64,000 nt of DNA from an uncultured Bacteroides sp. (lineage in GTDB: Bacteria; Bacteroidota; Bacteroidia; Bacteroidales; GCA-2748055), in the NCBI GenBank assembly GCA_964579515.1, contig CAZOHA010000002.1, forward strand, positions 4,027 through 68,026, read 5' to 3'. Shown piece by piece: positions 9,468-19,949 of the stretch. Numbering within the stretch: the first letter of the stretch is position 1; each line of letters opens with the position of its first letter. Position numbers and translations under genes: made by a program. Under the pieces are notes generated by a model. That model saw only the letters and a program-made list of their open reading frames with translations, made no database searches and was not told the DNA's origin.

Positions 9468-9518
9468 AGTTGAGGCGGAGTTTGGGCCGCAATTTACTGC
9501 CGGCAGGAACGGGAAATG

Positions 9519-9547
9519 TTAATTAATAATTAATTTAAGGTTAGGCC
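9519..9547. promoter_or_regulatory. Phased direct repeats TTAATTA-ATAA-TTAATTT-AAGG-TTAGGCC (11-bp period) upstream of the PiT gene
   Basis: Repeat units start at 9519, 9530 and 9541, 52-80 nt upstream of PiT ATG 9467. The 7+4 architecture resembles PhoB/PhoP-type boxes. The third unit is degenerate and the tract is AT-rich. Confidence 0.3.
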
Positions 9548-9562
9548 AGTGTAAACACGGGT

Positions 9563-10189
9563 TCAATCGACGATCGGCCAGTCCACCCTTCCATACCGGA
9601 AATCGAACATCCTGTCGATCTGATCCCTGGTATTTCTCGGGGTGGAGAGCGGGGGAAGCTGTTCCTGCCCGAAGAACCCCACATCGAGGGTTTCCATGCC
9701 GGTGGTTACCTCCAGGTTTTCCGGGATACCCTCCATGAAGATCTTATAGGTATAGAAAAGGTCTTCGGGGTGGGGATGGCATTTTTTGTCGAACAGAGCC
9801 AGCAGCCGGCCGGCAGTAACGCGGATACCCGCTTCTTCAAATGCTTCTTTCTCGGCTACTTCAGTGGGGGAGTACCCCACATCGCACCAGCCCCCGGGAA
9901 GGGACCAGCAGGAGTCGACCCGTTCCTTCACCATCAAAATCTGATCCCGGTCGTTGAAGATCACGCAGCGCACATCGATCTTGGGAGTCCGGTAACCATA
10001 CCTTTCGGTAGTGACCACCCGGATGGTTTCATGGGACATGCCGGTCAAAAGCGAGATCATTCTGACCGCAATCTCCTCCAGATCGGAGTAGCGATCCTGG
10101 TCGTAATCACTTTCAGTGTAGTGGAGGCCGTTCTCGGCAATTGCCTGCACTCTCTTGGCCAGCATCAGGATTTCATTTGTATCGTTCAT
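9563..10189 (-). CDS. NUDIX hydrolase (ADP-ribose pyrophosphatase-like) with N-terminal helical domain
   Basis: 208 aa. Nudix box GGWCDVGYSPTEVAEKEAFEEAGI. The N-terminal LAKRVQAIAENGLHYTESDYDQDRY is typical of the Nudix N-terminal accessory domain. Confidence 0.8.
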   Translation of the reverse strand: MNDTNEILMLAKRVQAIAENGLHYTESDYDQDRYSDLEEIAVRMISLLTGMSHETIRVVTTERYGYRTPKIDVRCVIFNDRDQILMVKERVDSCWSLPGGWCDVGYSPTEVAEKEAFEEAGIRVTAGRLLALFDKKCHPHPEDLFYTYKIFMEGIPENLEVTTGMETLDVGFFGQEQLPPLSTPRNTRDQIDRMFDFRYGRVDWPIVD

Positions 10190-10262
10190 GCGAAAATGTT
10201 AAGATGAGCGGAACAGGACAATAAATGTAACAAAAATGGTAACTTGAGGTTTTAATGCTCAT

Positions 10263-11939
10263 ATGATGAAGAAAGGAAGATTTACTTACCCCGTTCTCGT
10301 TTCCGCGTTCCTGTCGCTAGGCATTCTGGCCGGCTGCGGCAGCCCCGGACCAACCAAAACAGAGTTGCAGCCTGATCCCGATAACGGAGGGTTGATGCTT
10401 CCACCTGGTTTTGCTGCCATCAGGGTGGTGGAGGAACTGGGGCCCGCACGGCATCTGGAGGTATCGGAGAATGGAGATATTTATGTGGCGTTGCGCCGGA
10501 TAACCGGGGGCGGAGGTATTGCCCTGGTGCAGGATACCACGGGAAACGGGCGTTCCGACAAGATCACCTATTTCGGATCCCTGGCCGGTACCGGGATCAA
10601 GCTCCGGGGATCGTTCCTCTATTTCGGGAGCGATACGGCGGTTGTCCGGTACCCCATGATTCCCGGATCACCTCTCCCGGAGGAGAATTACGAGATCATT
10701 GCCTCCGGCTTTCCCGATGAATCCCAGCACGCGGCGAAACCATTCGATTTTGATCCGCAGGGGAATATGTATGTAACAGTCGGTGCACCCTCCAATGCAT
10801 GCATGGAACAGATGAGGACCAAAGGATCACCCGGAATGGATCCCTGTCCGATACTGCGGTATGCAGGCGGGATCTGGCGCTTCGATGCCGATACTCCCGG
10901 CCAGGATCAACTCAGCGACGGATACAGGTATTCTACGGGGATCCGTCACGCTGTGGCCATCCGCTGGAATGACCTGATTAACCGCCTCTACGTGGTGCAG
11001 CACGGAAGGGATCAGCTGCACCAGTTTTTTCCGGAACTTTATGACCAGCAAGCCAGTGCTGAACTGCCCGCCGAAGAGTTCCTGATGTTGTCGGACGGAG
11101 CCGATTTCGGATGGCCCTACTGTTATTACGATCAGTTCAGGGAGAAGAAAGTTCTCGCCCCGGAATACGGGGGTGACGGGGAAAAGGTGGGACGCTGCAG
11201 CGAGAAGACCGATCCGGTCATGGCTTTCCCGGGTCATATCGCCCCCAATGACCTGCTGTTCTATGACGGAGATCAGTTTCCTGAAAGATATCGGGGCGGC
11301 GCGTTCATTGCCTTTCACGGTTCATGGAACAGGGCGCCTCTGCCGCAGGAGGGATACAATGTGGTTTTCGTACCCATGGAGGGTGAGCTTCCCTCGGGCG
11401 ACTGGGAAGTGTTCGCTGACGGATTCACCGGGCTTGAGGAGATTTACAATCCCGGCGATGCCGAGCATCGTCCCATGGGCCTGGCCACCGGCCCTGACGG
11501 TTCACTCTATATTTCCGACTCACGCAAGGGGACCATCTGGAGGGTCATCTATACGGGCGAGGAGCAGCTGATGCCGGCCACCGCCCGTGAGCAGGAACCC
11601 GAGGCAGTGCTGGCCGATCATCCGGGCAAGAAAGTATATGACATGGCCTGTCTCCCCTGTCACCAGGCCGACGGGAACGGCGTTCCCGGCATGCATCCGC
11701 CTCTCAGACAAACCGATTGGGTGACCGGTGACAAGGAGCGGCTGATCCGGATCGTCGTGGAGGGTATGGAGGGGGAGATCGAGGTGCACGGCCAGGTCTA
11801 CAACTCCATTATGGCGCCGCTGGCACACCTCTCTCCACGGGAGATCGCCGATGTGTTGACCTACGTCCGGAGCTCCTTTGGGAACAATGCCCCGGAGGTG
11901 ACCGAGGAGGAGGTGTCAGAGGTGTTGAACAGCCTGTAG
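10263..11939 (+). CDS. PQQ-dependent sugar (sorbosone/glucose) dehydrogenase-like beta-propeller fused to a C-terminal c-type cytochrome; lipoprotein
   Basis: 558 aa. Lipobox LGILAGC. A propeller-like body is followed by a CLPCH heme-binding motif in the last ~100 aa. Confidence 0.75.
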   Translation: MMKKGRFTYPVLVSAFLSLGILAGCGSPGPTKTELQPDPDNGGLMLPPGFAAIRVVEELGPARHLEVSENGDIYVALRRITGGGGIALVQDTTGNGRSDKITYFGSLAGTGIKLRGSFLYFGSDTAVVRYPMIPGSPLPEENYEIIASGFPDESQHAAKPFDFDPQGNMYVTVGAPSNACMEQMRTKGSPGMDPCPILRYAGGIWRFDADTPGQDQLSDGYRYSTGIRHAVAIRWNDLINRLYVVQHGRDQLHQFFPELYDQQASAELPAEEFLMLSDGADFGWPYCYYDQFREKKVLAPEYGGDGEKVGRCSEKTDPVMAFPGHIAPNDLLFYDGDQFPERYRGGAFIAFHGSWNRAPLPQEGYNVVFVPMEGELPSGDWEVFADGFTGLEEIYNPGDAEHRPMGLATGPDGSLYISDSRKGTIWRVIYTGEEQLMPATAREQEPEAVLADHPGKKVYDMACLPCHQADGNGVPGMHPPLRQTDWVTGDKERLIRIVVEGMEGEIEVHGQVYNSIMAPLAHLSPREIADVLTYVRSSFGNNAPEVTEEEVSEVLNSL

Positions 11940-11970
11940 AAGGAGCGCTTATTCTCGCTATCTTTGTCCC

Positions 11971-12873
11971 ATGGCAATCGAGAAGATGAAAGTGGAGCTG
12001 AGGGGAAGGAAGCGGCTGCCTTCCTGGATGCGGATGAAAATGCCCGGGGGAGACCGGTATTTGAAAGTGAAGGAACAGGTAGCCGCTCACGGTCTGCATA
12101 CCATCTGCACCAGCGGCAACTGTCCCAATATCGGTGAGTGCTGGGGTGCCGGAACCGCCACCTTTATGATCCTGGGAGAGATCTGCACCAGGTCGTGTAA
12201 GTTCTGCGCAGTGAAGACCGGAAGGCCACTGCCGGTCGATGAAGGGGAGCCGGAAAGACTGCTGGAGACCATCAGGACCATGGGGATACATCATGCGGTG
12301 ATCACCTCGGTCGACCGGGATGATCTTCCCGACAAAGGAGCCGGAGCATGGGCCGATACCATACGGATACTGAAGCAGGGATTGCCGGGCCTTACCATGG
12401 AGACCCTGATCCCCGACTTTGATGCCCGGCCCGATCTGGTGGGCCGGGTGACCGGGGAGAATCCTGAAGTGGTCTCGCACAATCTGGAAACAGTGGAACG
12501 GCTCACCCCCATGATTCGATCCAGGGCCCGCTACCGCAGGAGCCTGGAGGTGATCAGCCTCATCTCGGGCGAGGGAATGGTCTCCAAATCGGGTCTGATG
12601 CTGGGTCTGGGTGAGACACCGGAAGAGGTGGTGAAAGCCATGGACGATCTGCTGGAATCGGGTTGCCAGGTACTTACCCTGGGCCAGTATCTTCAGCCCA
12701 CCGTCAACCATATGCCGGTAGAGGAGTATGTTCATCCCGACCGGTTTGAATCGTTGCGGGAAGTTGCTCTGGAAAAGGGTTTCCGTGCGGTGGAATCGAG
12801 TCCCCTGGTAAGATCCTCCTACCATGCCGAAAAACACAGCCGTATTCAACCGGAGCCCTCCCATGGAGAATAG
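11971..12873 (+). CDS. lipA: Lipoyl synthase
   Basis: 300 aa. Both cluster motifs are present: CTSGNCPNIGEC (auxiliary) and CTRSCKFC (radical SAM). Confidence 0.93.
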   Translation: MAIEKMKVELRGRKRLPSWMRMKMPGGDRYLKVKEQVAAHGLHTICTSGNCPNIGECWGAGTATFMILGEICTRSCKFCAVKTGRPLPVDEGEPERLLETIRTMGIHHAVITSVDRDDLPDKGAGAWADTIRILKQGLPGLTMETLIPDFDARPDLVGRVTGENPEVVSHNLETVERLTPMIRSRARYRRSLEVISLISGEGMVSKSGLMLGLGETPEEVVKAMDDLLESGCQVLTLGQYLQPTVNHMPVEEYVHPDRFESLREVALEKGFRAVESSPLVRSSYHAEKHSRIQPEPSHGE

Positions 12874-13600
12874 GATTGTATTTGAGGACCTCGGTCTGAT
12901 CGATTATATGGAAGCCTGGGACCTGCAGGAGGAGCGATTCAACGCCCTGGTGGAGTATAAGCGCAATTTCCCCGGGAGGGACCGGGAGAGTGCAGCCGTA
13001 AATCAGGAGCCGGTGGAGCCGCCCACCCAATACCTGTTGTTTTGTGAACACCCCCATGTGTATACACTGGGAAAAAGTGGAGATGAGATGAACCTCCTGA
13101 TCCATAAGGAGTTTTTAAAAAAGATAGAGGCCACCTATTATAAAACTAACCGGGGAGGTGATATCACTTATCACGGCCCGGGACAGATAGTGGGTTACCC
13201 GATCCTCGACCTGGATTCGCTGGGACTGGGACTTAAAGAGTATATCTCTGTCCTTGAGCAATCGATCATCGACCTTCTGGAACAGTACGGGATCTCCTCC
13301 GCGCGTCTGGAGGGAGCCACCGGGGTATGGCTGGATGCGGATCATCCTGTCAAAGCAAGAAAGATCTGTGCCATCGGGGTCCGCTCGAGCAGGTATGTGA
13401 CCATGCACGGGTTTGCCCTTAACGTCGCGACCGACCTGGACTATTTCAGTTACATCAATCCCTGCGGATTCGATACCCGTGGTGTTACCTCCCTGTCGAA
13501 GGAACTGGGAGAAGAGGTGGAGATGGAAGCGGTCCGGTCACGTCTCAAAAAACTCCTTATGGAGCGGTTCCTTGCTCCAGCCGGCCCAGGAGCGTCATAG
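12863..13600 (+). CDS. lipB: Lipoyl(octanoyl) transferase
   Basis: Start taken at ATG 12863 ([15 protein letters not shown]), which overlaps the lipA stop by 11 nt. Motifs [19 protein letters not shown] and KICAIGV are present. Confidence 0.9.
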   Translation: MENRIVFEDLGLIDYMEAWDLQEERFNALVEYKRNFPGRDRESAAVNQEPVEPPTQYLLFCEHPHVYTLGKSGDEMNLLIHKEFLKKIEATYYKTNRGGDITYHGPGQIVGYPILDLDSLGLGLKEYISVLEQSIIDLLEQYGISSARLEGATGVWLDADHPVKARKICAIGVRSSRYVTMHGFALNVATDLDYFSYINPCGFDTRGVTSLSKELGEEVEMEAVRSRLKKLLMERFLAPAGPGAS

Positions 13601-13820
13601 CCTCCTCCCTGGTTTCTCCGCAAACCTCCGGATCAGCCTGGAAGTCGCTGCAAACTTTGGGCCGGCCGGGATGGCCGTAAATCAGGCACCGGAAGTTATC
13701 CGAGAGGTGGATGCATCGTTCACCGCCCGGTTTGCCATCGGGCATTCCGGGGATGGGTGAGGAGATGGAGGGGGCGATACAGCATGCTCCGCATCCGGGT
13801 CTGCACTTCATTCTGACCAT
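13557..13820 (-). CDS. YkgJ-family cysteine-cluster (CxxCxxCC) protein
   Basis: 87 aa. The N-terminal CRPGCGACC plus later Cys residues are typical of the YkgJ/UPF0153 family. Lies 4 nt downstream of gltD. Its 3' end overlaps the convergent lipB by 44 nt. Confidence 0.7.
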   Translation of the reverse strand: MVRMKCRPGCGACCIAPSISSPIPGMPDGKPGGERCIHLSDNFRCLIYGHPGRPKVCSDFQADPEVCGETREEAMTLLGRLEQGTAP

Positions 13821-13824
13821 GGAG

Positions 13825-15252
13825 TCATCCCTTCAACGTTTTGAGAAATTCGTCGATTTTCCGGGCGGTGCGCCTTCCCGAGGCAATGGCGGTGACCACC
13901 AGGCTCGCACCATTGACTGCGTCGCCGGTGGCGAAAACCTTATCGGCGTTGGTGGCCATCCGGCTGTCCACCTGGATATTCCGCCTGCTGTTCAGGTCAA
14001 GTGCCAGTTCACTGACCAGGCCTTCATGGACCGGATGCAGAAATCCCATGGAAAGCAGGATCAGGTCGGCCTCGATCTGCTGCCGGGATCCCTCCACCGG
14101 GTTCATCAGGAACTGTCCGTCGACCCGTTCCCAGGTGACCTCTTCCACCTCGGCATGGGAAACCCTTTGCTGGTTTCCGATAAACCGCACGGTGGCGAGG
14201 CTCCACATCCGGTCGCATCCCTCCTCGTGTGAGGTGGAGGTCTTCAGTGTTTTCCCCCAGTAGGGCCATGGGTTGTCGGGGGCCCGTTCTGCAGGGGGCC
14301 TGGGCATGATCTCGATCTGAGTCACTTTTTCCGCTCCCTGCCTGATAGCGGTCCCCACGCAGTCGGAGCCGGTGTCGCCTCCGCCGATCACCAGCACCTT
14401 TCTCCCTTCGGCCGTGATCCGGTTATCATAGGATACGTAGGCTCCGGCATTGACCCTGTTCTGCTGGGTCAGATACTCCATGGCGAAATGGATACCATCC
14501 AGCTGGCGGCCCTCCACCTGCAGATCCCGGGGTTTCATGGCACCGATGGCCAGGCAGACTGCATCGTACTTCTCCAGCAACTCCTTTCCGGTGATGTCGG
14601 TTCCCACCTCCACACCCGAACGGACCTCCAGTCCCTCGGCGATCATGATCTCCAGCCGCCGGTCGATGGTGCTCTTGTTAAGCTTGAAATCGGGAATCCC
14701 GAATCTCAGAAGCCCTCCGATCCTCTCATCTTTCTCGTAAAGTGTCACATGATGTCCGGCCCTGTTCAGCTGGTCGGCGGCTGCCATACCGGCAGGACCG
14801 CTGCCGATCACCGCCACCTTACGGCCGGACCTTACTGCCGGAGGCTGCGGCCGGATATACCCTTCCGCAAATGCCTTTTCCACGATGGCCACTTCGTTCT
14901 CCCGGATGGTAACCGGTTCCCCTTCGATGTTGAGCACACAGGAGTGCTCGCAGGGGGCCGGACAGATCCTGCCGGTGAATTCAGGGAAATTATTGGTGAA
15001 GTGGAGGCGGTCACTGGCCCCTTTCCAGTCGCCCCGGTACAACAGATCGTTCCACTCGGGAATCAGGTTATCGACCGGACAGCCCCAGTGGCAGAAAGGG
15101 ATGCCACAGTCCATGCATCTGGCGGCCTGCAGCATCCGGTCCTCCGAATTAAGGACCTGCTCTACCTCGCTGTAATCCCTGATACGTTCGTAAACCGGCC
15201 TGTTCCCTGCCGGTTTCATTTTTATCTTCATGAATCCTTTTGGATCTGCCAT
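13825..15252 (-). CDS. gltD: Glutamate synthase (NADPH) small subunit
   Basis: 475 aa. Fe-S motifs [13 protein letters not shown] and CPAPCEHSC, plus the dinucleotide fold [10 protein letters not shown]. Confidence 0.93.
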   Translation of the reverse strand: MADPKGFMKIKMKPAGNRPVYERIRDYSEVEQVLNSEDRMLQAARCMDCGIPFCHWGCPVDNLIPEWNDLLYRGDWKGASDRLHFTNNFPEFTGRICPAPCEHSCVLNIEGEPVTIRENEVAIVEKAFAEGYIRPQPPAVRSGRKVAVIGSGPAGMAAADQLNRAGHHVTLYEKDERIGGLLRFGIPDFKLNKSTIDRRLEIMIAEGLEVRSGVEVGTDITGKELLEKYDAVCLAIGAMKPRDLQVEGRQLDGIHFAMEYLTQQNRVNAGAYVSYDNRITAEGRKVLVIGGGDTGSDCVGTAIRQGAEKVTQIEIMPRPPAERAPDNPWPYWGKTLKTSTSHEEGCDRMWSLATVRFIGNQQRVSHAEVEEVTWERVDGQFLMNPVEGSRQQIEADLILLSMGFLHPVHEGLVSELALDLNSRRNIQVDSRMATNADKVFATGDAVNGASLVVTAIASGRRTARKIDEFLKTLKG

Positions 15253-15262
15253 CGCTCTTCCG

Positions 15263-18200
15263 TTAAATGTCTCCGATCATCTCCACATCCTTCTCAACCC
15301 TGGCCAGCTTCTTGCGGATCTCTTCCAGTTGGAGCTCCTTCATAACCTTCTTATATTCATAGGGTATCACCTTGATGAACCGCTCCAGGTAGTGATCAGG
15401 ATCACTGAGGACCTTTTCGGCCACTTTGCTTCCGGTATATTCGAAATGCCTGGATATCAATTCGATGAGTTCTTTTCTGTCATTCACATCCTCCACCAGG
15501 GAGAGTTCCACCATTCCCATATTGCAGTAATAGTCGAATTCGCCCTCCTCATCCAGTACATAGGCGATCCCGCCACTCATGCCCGCGGCGAAGTTCCTTC
15601 CCGTCCGGCCCAGGACCACCACACGTCCTCCGGTCATATACTCACAGCAGTGATCTCCCACACCCTCCACCACGGCGATGGCGCCGCTGTTGCGGACCCC
15701 GAACCGTTCTCCCGCCACACCGGAAATGAAGATCTCCCCGCCGGTTGCTCCGTAGAGTACCGTATTACCGATGATAATGTTTTTATCCGGCTCGAAGGTC
15801 GAGCCCTCGGGCGGGACCACGATGATGCGTCCTCCGGCAAGGCCCTTTCCCAGGTAATCGTTGGTGTCCCCCTCCAGGTAGAATTCCACCCCGGGCACCA
15901 GGAACGCCCCGAAACTCTGTCCGGCGGAACCTGCGAACCTTGTCCGGATGGTACCTTCGGGAAGTCCCGCACTTCCGTATTTCCTGGCGATCCTTCCCGA
16001 CAGCATGGCTCCGGTGGTACGGTCGGTGTTTTTTATCGGCAGATGTGTGGTTACCGGTTCCCGGTGCTCAATCGCCTTTTCCGCCAGGGCGATCAGCTGC
16101 AGGTCCAGCACATTTCCAAGCTTATGTTTCTGTGATTCTGTCCGGTGGAGGGCGTTCTTTTTCGCCGCCGGGTAAAAGGCCGTCAGATCACTCAAATCGA
16201 GGTTCCTGATCTTCCAGTGAGTAATCGATTCGTCCCTCTCCAGCAGGTCGGACCGGCCGATGATATCGCTGAAGCTGCGAAATCCCATCTCGGCCAGATA
16301 CTCCCTGATCTCGCGGGCTATGAACCGGAAATAATTCACCACATGATCGGACTGGCCGCGGAATCTGGCCCTGAGTTCCGGATCCTGGGTGGCCACTCCC
16401 ACCGGACAGGTATTCAAATGGCATTTCCGCATCATTACACAACCCAGGACCACCAGGGCACTGGTGGAAAATCCAAATTCTTCCGCACCCAGCAGGGCGG
16501 CCGTGAGCACATCTCTTCCAGTTTTCATCTGTCCGTCGGCCTGCAGCACCACCTTACGGCGAAGGTTGTTCATGACCAGGGTCTGCTGAGTTTCTGCCAG
16601 CCCGATCTCCAGGGGCAGACCGGCATGTTTGATGGAGGAGGTGGGACTGGCGCCCGTACCCCCCTCCGAGCCGCTGATGGTGATCAGGTCGGCAGCTGCT
16701 TTGGCCACCCCGGCCGCCACCGTTCCCACACCGGTCTCAGAGACCAGTTTCACAGAGATCTTGGCCTCCGGATTCACATTCTTCAGATCGAAGATCAGCT
16801 GCGCCAGATCTTCAATGGAGTAAATGTCGTGGTGGGGTGGCGGGGAGATTAAAGTGATGCCCGGGATGGAATACCGGGTCCTGGCTATAATCCTGTCCAC
16901 CTTGTGACCCGGGAGTTGCCCTCCTTCGCCGGGCTTGGCCCCCTGGGCGATCTTGATCTGTATTTCATCGGCATTGACCAGGTACTCGGTGGTGACACCG
17001 AAGCGGCCGCTGGCCACCTGTTTGATGGCACTCCTGCGTGAATCCCCGTTCTCCATGGGTTTGAAACGTTCCGGGTCCTCACCTCCCTCGCCGGTATTGC
17101 TTCTGCCGCCGATGCGGTTCATGGCAACAGCCAGTGCTTCATGGGCATCTTTACTGATGGAACCGTACGACATGGCGCCGGTGACAAACCGTTTCATGAT
17201 CTCCTCTTCCGGTTCCACCTCCCCGATCCGGATCGGATTTCTTTTATAGGTCAGCAGGCCCCTGATGAAACCGGGCCGCGCGGTTTCGCAATCGACCAGC
17301 GCGGAATACTCCTTGAACTTGCTGTAGTCATTGTTCCGTGTGCTCCATTGCAGGAGTGCCACCGATTCGGGATTCCATGCATGATGTTCCCCGTATTTCC
17401 GGTAGTGATAGACCCCTTCTGTGAGAATGGTGGCATGTACGTCCTCTTCAAACGCCTTCCGGTGGGGAATCAGCACCTCCTCGGCGATCTCCTCCAACCC
17501 GATCCCGCCGATCCGCGAAACGGTCCCTTTAAAGTATTTGTTCACCAGAGTGGGATGGAGTCCCACTGCTTCGAAGATCTGGGCTGCGCGATAACTTCTC
17601 AGGGTGCTGATTCCCATTTTCGAAAGGATTTTCAGCAACCCCTTGTTTACTGCACGGATGTAGTTTTCCTGAGCTTTTTCGAGATCCTGCTGGATAATCC
17701 GGTTTTTCACCAGCTGCTCGATCACCGCAAAGCTCATGTAGGGATTGATAATGCTTGCTCCGTACCCGAAAAGAAGGGCGAAATGCATCACCTCCCTCGG
17801 TTCGGCCGATTCCACCACGATGTCGATCTGCATCCTTTTTCTCCGGTCGATCAGGTGGTGGTGTACGGCTGAAACAGCCATGAGGGAGGGCACCGGAGCC
17901 TTCTCCCTGGAGATCCCGCGGTCGGTCAGAATGATATAGTTGTTTCCCTGATCCACCGCCTCCTCGGCCTGACGGCACATCTCTTCCAGGGCCGATTCCA
18001 GAGCTTCAGGCCCTTGTTCCGCATCGAAATGCATCGAGATGACCCTGTTGGAGAATCCTTTGTACCGGAGGTTTTTCACCACCTGGAAATAGGTGTTGTT
18101 GATCACCGGGCTGGTGAATTTGATCATCTTCACATGGTCGGGCGTTTCATCCAGCAGGTTGGTCTGAAGCGAACCCAGATAGCCGGTCAGTGTCATTACC

Positions 18201-19786
18201 AGCTCCTCCCGGATCGGATCGATGGCCGGGTTGGTCACCTGTGCGAAGTGCTGCCTGAAATAGTAAAACAACCGGTAGGGCTTCTTACTGAGGACCGCGG
18301 CGGGTACATCATTTCCCATGGAGCCTATGGGCTCTTTGGCACCCTCCGCCATTGGCTGAAGGATGGCATCGATATCTTCCCGGCTGTAATTGAAAGAGCC
18401 GAGGTAACGGTCATACTCTTCTCCCAGGCCGGGCGGAATGATATTACCGGTCCGGATCTTCTCCAGACTCACCATGTTTTTTTCGATCCACTGGCGGTAG
18501 GGGTGGGCCGATGCCAGCTGATGCTTCAACTCCTCATCCCGGTAGATCTTACCCTCCTGAACATCCACCAGCATGATCTTGCCGGGTTTCAGCCTGCCTT
18601 TCTCACGGATGGCTTCCGGGGGAAAGGTCTGAACACCCACCTCGGAGCCCATGACCATCAGGTCATCTTTGGTGATCACGTACCTGGAGGGCCGGAGACC
18701 GTTGCGGTCGAGCATTCCGCCGATATACCTGCCGTCGCTGAATATCAGTGATGCGGGTCCGTCCCAGGGTTCCATGAAGGTGGAGTGATACTGGTAGAAG
18801 GCTTTCAGTTCCGGGGAGATAGGATTCCGGTCGTTCCATGACTCGGGGATCAGGATCGACATGGCGTAGGGCAGAGTCTTACCGCTCATGATCAGGAACT
18901 CCAGCACATTGTCGAGTGATGCGGAATCGCTTTTTTCGGGTTCGATGACCGGGTATATTTTACCGAGCTCACCCAGCACATCGGACTTCAGTATCGATTC
19001 TCTGGCCTCCATCCAGAACCGGTTTCCCTTCACCGTGTTGATCTCCCCGTTGTGGGCCAGCATCCTGAACGGCTGTGCCAGGTCCCAGCTGGGAAAGGTG
19101 TTGGTGCTGAAACGGGAGTGGACCAGGGCGATGGCACTCTGGATCCGTTCATCCTGCAGGTCGAGGAAGTATTCACCCAGCTGTTCGGAGGTCAGCATTC
19201 CCTTATAAATAATGACCTTTGTGGACAGACTGGGCAGATAAAAGTAACTCTTCTGCTTCAGACGGGAGTCGAATACATACTTTTCGGCCCGTTTCCGGAT
19301 GATATAGAGTTTCCTTTCCATCTCATCCTGCGGCAGGTCCGAACCCAGAAGGATCTGCCGGATATGGGGCTCGGCTCCTCTGGCTATGTCCCCGATGGTG
19401 CTGTTATCTCTGGGGACCTCCCTGAACCCGATCAGGTCAAGGCCTTCATCGCTGACAATCTGTGCAAGAATCTCTTCACACTGGCTGGCCTCGGCAGGGT
19501 CCCGGGGAAGAAAGACCAGCCCGGTCCCGAATTGCCCCTCCGGCGGGATGGAATAGCCCTGGATCAGGTAGAAATCCCTGGGGATCTGAATCATTACCCC
19601 CGCGCCGTCACCGGTTTTGCTGTCGGCTCCTTCGGCGCCTCTGTGGGTCATATGGATCAGTGTTTCAAGACCCCTGCGAATAATGTCGTGTGATTTTTTT
19701 CCCTTCAGGTGGGCCACAAAACCAATTCCGCAGTTATCATGCTCAAAATCAGATCTATAAAGTCCTTCTTTCGTGGGTCTTTGCAT
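15263..19786 (-). CDS. gltB: Glutamate synthase large subunit
   Basis: About 1507 aa. The N-terminal amidotransferase motif EHDNCGIGF is followed by the FMN/synthase and GXGXG C-terminal domains. The ORF-track start at 19792 is TTG; the first ATG is at 19786. Confidence 0.95.
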   Translation of the reverse strand: MQRPTKEGLYRSDFEHDNCGIGFVAHLKGKKSHDIIRRGLETLIHMTHRGAEGADSKTGDGAGVMIQIPRDFYLIQGYSIPPEGQFGTGLVFLPRDPAEASQCEEILAQIVSDEGLDLIGFREVPRDNSTIGDIARGAEPHIRQILLGSDLPQDEMERKLYIIRKRAEKYVFDSRLKQKSYFYLPSLSTKVIIYKGMLTSEQLGEYFLDLQDERIQSAIALVHSRFSTNTFPSWDLAQPFRMLAHNGEINTVKGNRFWMEARESILKSDVLGELGKIYPVIEPEKSDSASLDNVLEFLIMSGKTLPYAMSILIPESWNDRNPISPELKAFYQYHSTFMEPWDGPASLIFSDGRYIGGMLDRNGLRPSRYVITKDDLMVMGSEVGVQTFPPEAIREKGRLKPGKIMLVDVQEGKIYRDEELKHQLASAHPYRQWIEKNMVSLEKIRTGNIIPPGLGEEYDRYLGSFNYSREDIDAILQPMAEGAKEPIGSMGNDVPAAVLSKKPYRLFYYFRQHFAQVTNPAIDPIREELVMTLTGYLGSLQTNLLDETPDHVKMIKFTSPVINNTYFQVVKNLRYKGFSNRVISMHFDAEQGPEALESALEEMCRQAEEAVDQGNNYIILTDRGISREKAPVPSLMAVSAVHHHLIDRRKRMQIDIVVESAEPREVMHFALLFGYGASIINPYMSFAVIEQLVKNRIIQQDLEKAQENYIRAVNKGLLKILSKMGISTLRSYRAAQIFEAVGLHPTLVNKYFKGTVSRIGGIGLEEIAEEVLIPHRKAFEEDVHATILTEGVYHYRKYGEHHAWNPESVALLQWSTRNNDYSKFKEYSALVDCETARPGFIRGLLTYKRNPIRIGEVEPEEEIMKRFVTGAMSYGSISKDAHEALAVAMNRIGGRSNTGEGGEDPERFKPMENGDSRRSAIKQVASGRFGVTTEYLVNADEIQIKIAQGAKPGEGGQLPGHKVDRIIARTRYSIPGITLISPPPHHDIYSIEDLAQLIFDLKNVNPEAKISVKLVSETGVGTVAAGVAKAAADLITISGSEGGTGASPTSSIKHAGLPLEIGLAETQQTLVMNNLRRKVVLQADGQMKTGRDVLTAALLGAEEFGFSTSALVVLGCVMMRKCHLNTCPVGVATQDPELRARFRGQSDHVVNYFRFIAREIREYLAEMGFRSFSDIIGRSDLLERDESITHWKIRNLDLSDLTAFYPAAKKNALHRTESQKHKLGNVLDLQLIALAEKAIEHREPVTTHLPIKNTDRTTGAMLSGRIARKYGSAGLPEGTIRTRFAGSAGQSFGAFLVPGVEFYLEGDTNDYLGKGLAGGRIIVVPPEGSTFEPDKNIIIGNTVLYGATGGEIFISGVAGERFGVRNSGAIAVVEGVGDHCCEYMTGGRVVVLGRTGRNFAAGMSGGIAYVLDEEGEFDYYCNMGMVELSLVEDVNDRKELIELISRHFEYTGSKVAEKVLSDPDHYLERFIKVIPYEYKKVMKELQLEEIRKKLARVEKDVEMIGDI

Positions 19787-19819
19787 CGTCAACAGAGTTA
19801 GTGCAGGTACTGTTAATGT

Positions 19820-19861
19820 GAAGAAAGCCGTCCTCCAGGTTTTGGGAGAACGGCTTTCTTC
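19820..19861 (-). promoter_or_regulatory. Strong stem-loop in the predicted gltB 5' leader
   Basis: The minus-strand RNA GAAGAAAGCCGUUCUCC-CAAAACCU-GGAGGACGGCUUUCUUC forms a 17-bp stem (16 Watson-Crick pairs plus 1 G-U) with an 8-nt loop. It ends 33 nt before the ATG. No U-tract follows. The G-U pair becomes a C-A mismatch in the plus-strand transcript. Confidence 0.5.
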
Positions 19862-19949
19862 AGTATCATTCTATACCATTCTCACGGGGATCGAAGGATC
19901 CTCCTGAAATATAATCCCAAAACCATGTGAGAGGGGTAATTCATGGAGG

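Noticed and set aside
11971-13600. A possible functional link between lipA-lipB and the hyd maturases, because lipoyl-H-protein has been implicated in azadithiolate ligand synthesis.
   Set aside because: lipA and lipB are universal housekeeping genes. They are separated from hydE/F by about 5 kb of unrelated genes on mixed strands, and no gcvH is nearby. Proximity alone is not evidence.
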